Shown here: piece by piece, positions 60,510 to 64,000 of the stretch
Layout of the letters: every line of letters begins with the position of its first letter
Numbering within the stretch: the first letter of the stretch is position 1
Assembly (NCBI RefSeq): GCF_902713615.1
Contig: NC_052149.1
Location: forward strand, 222,125,623-222,189,622
DNA length: 64,000 bases
Reading direction: 5' to 3'
Source of the DNA: Scyliorhinus canicula
Lineage: Eukaryota
Notes under the pieces: model-generated
What the model was told of the DNA's origin: nothing
The model's database searches: none
What the model saw: only the letters and a program-made list of their open reading frames with translations
Position numbers and translations under genes: made by a program

Positions 60510-61164
60510 GGGCGGAATTCTCTGCCCCCGCCGTGTCCCGAAATCTCCGCCCCCTGAGATTCGGTGGAGGCGGGAATTGTGCCGCGCCGGTCGGTGGGCG
60601 CCCCGTGGCGATTCTCCGGCCCGCGATGGGCCGAAGTCCTGCGCTGACAGGCCTTTCCCGCCGGAGTGGTTTAAACCACCTCTGGTACCGGCGGGATTGG
60701 CAGTGCGGGCGGGCTCCGGGGTCCTGGGAGGGGGGGGGGGGTGCGGGACGATCTGACCCCAGGAGGTGCCCCCACGGTGGCCTGGCCCACGATCGGGGCC
60801 CACCGATCGGCGGGCAGGCGTCCGCCGTGGGGGCACTCTTTTTCTTCCGCCCCGCCATGGCCTTCACCATGGCGGGGGTGGAAGAGACCCCCTCCCCTGC
60901 GCATGCGCCGGTATGACGTCAGCAGCCGCTTCCGCAGGCCGGCGAAGGCCTTTCGGCCCTGGCTGGCGGGGCGCCAAAGGCCGCTCGCGCCGACCAGCGG
61001 AGCGGGAGCCACTCCGGCGCGGGCCTAGCCCCTCAATGTGAGGGCTTGGCCCCTAAAGGTGCGGAGAATTCCGCCCCTTTGGGGAGGCCTGACGCCGGAG
61101 TGGTTCACGCCACTCTGTCCCACCGGGACCCCCCGCCCCGCCGGGTAGGGGAGAATCCCAGCCC
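60510..61164. mobile_element. GC-rich Harbinger-like MITE
   Basis: TIRs GGGCGGAATTCTC / GAGAATCCCAGCCC; same family as 35223-35911. Confidence 0.78.
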
Positions 61165-61422
61165 AGGTCACAAAACAATTATGTCTTCCAGTTTTGCCTA
61201 ATCCAGAATAGATTGGTGTTGCTGGAGAAAGTTGGGATTGTGGCTTCAGTTCTCTGAGTCAGACCTTCGCTGTCTGATGCCTAGTCCCTTTAACTCACGG
61301 TTGAACTTTCAGGTCTCTGTTGTCACTACTGTGGTTTCTTCTCTAACCCCCTTCTTCATTCCATCTCTTTCTCCTCCTTTAAAATTAATGCCAGACCAAA
61401 GTTTCAATCTCTCTCGTTCAGT

Positions 61423-61740
61423 GGGCGGCACGTTAGCACAGTGGTTAGCGCTGTTGCTTCAAAGCACCAGGCACCCAGGTTCGATTCCCGCTTGAGTCAC
61501 TGTCTGTGCACGTTCTCCCCATGTCTACATGGGTTTCCTCCGGGTGCTCCCATTTCCTCCCACAAGTCCCGGAAGACGTGCTTGTTAGGTGAATTGGACA
61601 TTCTGAATTGGGCATTCTGAATTCCCCCTCAGTGTACCCGAAACAGGCACCGGAATGTGGTGACTAGGGGCTTTTCACAGTAACGACATTGCAATGTTAA
61701 TGTAAGCCGACTTGTGACACTAACAAAGATTATTATTATT
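61423..61740 (+). mobile_element. V-SINE with Rex1-like tail
   Basis: Same structure as 39518-39800. Confidence 0.88.
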
Positions 61741-62434
61741 CAATGGGCAGTATTTTCCAGCTGTTCCCACCAGCAGAATCTTCTGGTTCCGCCAATGGGG
61801 AACTCTATTGATGGTGGCGGGACCAGAAGGTGCCCCCACCGGCCAATGGAGGGCTGGCCCCGCAGAACACGCCGCGAGGGGGATAGGTGGGAATCCCACC
61901 CAACATCTACACATATCTATATGAAATAAGAAAGGACTTGCATTTCTATAGTGCCTTTCCTGGCCTCAGAATGTCCCAAAGTATTTACAGCCAATGAAGT
62001 TTCTTTTGAATGCAATCAATGTTGTCATGTCTGTCCACCTGTCAAACACCTTGCTTGTTTCCACTGCTGGGTGGGTTAGTAATAAGAGGACACAGATTTA
62101 AGGTTACTGGTAAAAGAACGGGAGGGGAGACCAGGAAACTTTTCTTTTATACAGCGAGTATGTAATGCAATGTCTAAAAGGGTGGTGGAGCTGATTCAAT
62201 AACTTTCAAAACGGAATTGGCTTTACATCTATGAGTAAGATAACTTCAAGGTTATGGAAAAGGAGGAGGTCCTGTGAAGCAGTGCTAATGTCTTACTCTG
62301 GAGCAGAACCTTCAGGTTCAAGTCTCACTTCCCAATCTTCCACAATGGTCACAAAGATGACAGTATACCTCAGGACTGAATTCTGATCTGATGTTCAAGT
62401 GCCTGAGATTGCTTAAAGGAGCCACTTCATACTT

Positions 62435-62656
62435 TTTTTAAAAATTTAGAGTGCCCAATTATTTTTTCTAATTAAGGGGCAATTTAGCGTGGCCAATCCA
62501 CCTACTCTGCACATCTTTGGGTTGTGGGGGTGAAACCCACGCCAACAAGGGGAGAATGTGCAAACTCCACACGGACAGTGATCCAGGGTCGGGATTCGAA
62601 CCCGGGTCCTCAGTGCCATAGGCAGCAATGCTAACCACTGTGCCACCGTGCTGCCC
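62435..62656 (-). mobile_element. Short V-SINE
   Basis: TSD AGCCACTTCATACTT. Confidence 0.92.
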
Positions 62657-63677
62657 TAGCCACTTCATACTTAACCAAACTCATAAAACAAAGTTACATC
62701 TAGACATGGACCCAGTCATTTTCCACATTGACCTCTGTGCAAATAACCTGCAGTTGTAGCGTAACTCTAATCTGCTGGCACGCCCTTTCATTCGACAGCT
62801 ATTCAGTGACTGATAGTTGGCACGTCTGGCACTGTTAATGACACAATCTCTCACTAATTCAACTAGGAGTGGCACAGACCCTACAAGAATTGAGCCAAAG
62901 GGTCAAACCACTCAAGGAATTATTTTTAACACCATCAGTCCAAACACCTGAGAATTTTTAAAGATGTTCGAAATTCGAATCTTTTAGCTGCTTGTGGTTT
63001 TGCATGAATATTAATTTTGCGAAAGGTGAACAAATGTGAAAGCCAAACAAACATATGGAAAAAACAACGATGTTCACTGGGTTTAAAATAGCTTTGGTAT
63101 CACCAAAGATAAAGATCTCGAGTTCCGCAGTAAGTCTGTCGTGAGGTTGGAAAAACTGACGTTATAGGAAATGGTAAAATGGCCACTCAAATTAACTAGT
63201 TCTCTGAAGGGACTTTTGATATGAAAGATGAGATGTGGTTTACCAGTGCTCACAGTACCCGAGAAAATGCATTAGTTTCATACACACCACTCTTTTATCA
63301 GATTAGTTTTAACTTTTGCTATTTTCTCTGACTGTTTAAAAGTTCTGTTGTGCATGATCCCAGTGAAGTATTAACCAGTGCTGTAATTTTATGGTGTAGT
63401 TAGTGCTCGATGGTCTGAAGCCAGGGCATAACTTCCCCAGTGTCAAATGGCAACATGAAGCAAGTGAACCAAGGATAGCGATGCTTCTGGAGAAGGCAGC
63501 AAGCACAGAAAGTAAGGCTTGCATTTATGAAGCGTTTTTCCTGGGACTGGCCAATGGACGTTTTGCTGGGCTGCAGAAACCCCTGCGGTGGGTCCCTCTG
63601 TGGCAAATTAGGAAAATCCCACTTTAGGATACTCCAAAACGTTTCACAACCAACGAAGTACTTCTGAATTTAAAAAA

Positions 63678-63935
63678 AAGAAAGTGCTGGGAAAACCTCA
63701 GCAGGTCTGGCAGCATCTGTGGAGAGAGAAATGGAGTTACTGGGGGAATGCTCTGGTCCCACCCTCTGCATGAATTGCTGCAGGCGGGGCGCCAATTTGA
63801 CGGGCCTTTTAAAGGTCTGTTGACCTCGGGTGAGAAATTCCGGTCGGGGGTCAGGGGTAACCGGAACATCCCGCCCATTGGCTGCGAAAAAATGCCCAAA
63901 GCTTTGAGTCCATATGACTCTTCTTCAAAGCTGAG
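63678..63935 (-). mobile_element. Penelope-derived short element with decayed hammerhead, split by a MITE-like insert
   Basis: Minus strand TTGAAGA-A-GAGTC-ATATG-GACTC-AAAGC; conserved CTCAGCAGGTCTGGCAGCATCTGTGGAGAGAGAAA flank. Confidence 0.6.
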
Positions 63936-64000
63936 CTTTTGAACTTTAGTCACTGCTAACATAGGAAATGTAGCGGCCATTTTAGAAATAAAGAGCAATA

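Noticed and set aside
1-64000. CRISPR array, rRNA or prokaryotic operon
   Set aside because: No regularly spaced repeat-spacer structure or rRNA motifs; all recurrent sequences are eukaryotic interspersed repeats.

Overview
Eukaryotic, repeat-dominated DNA (intergenic or intronic). The repeat complement (HE1-type V-SINEs, Deu-domain SINEs, CR1, Rex1/Babar, RTE, Penelope-like elements) points to a cartilaginous fish (shark); this is an inference, not a database match. I could not support any host exon. The only intact gene is a Penelope-like retroelement (Neptune-type RT plus GIY-YIG endonuclease, ORF 49755-52508, minus strand). It is bracketed by two identical 162-bp pseudo-LTRs, each carrying an intact minimal hammerhead ribozyme. 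It sits inside a solo LTR (4-bp TSD), which itself splits an older hairpin-shaped relic of the same Penelope family. The geometry fits reverse transcription around a ribozyme-generated 2984-nt circular RNA (hypothesis). Other content: a Gypsy solo LTR, a truncated Gypsy of that same family, an internally deleted two-LTR Gypsy with a tRNA-Ser PBS, many GC-rich Harbinger-like MITEs, a LINE with a tRNA-like head whose head+tail derivative is a SINE, and V-SINEs carrying at least four different tails. Boundaries of old repeats were read by eye and are approximate; family names are from motif recognition only.
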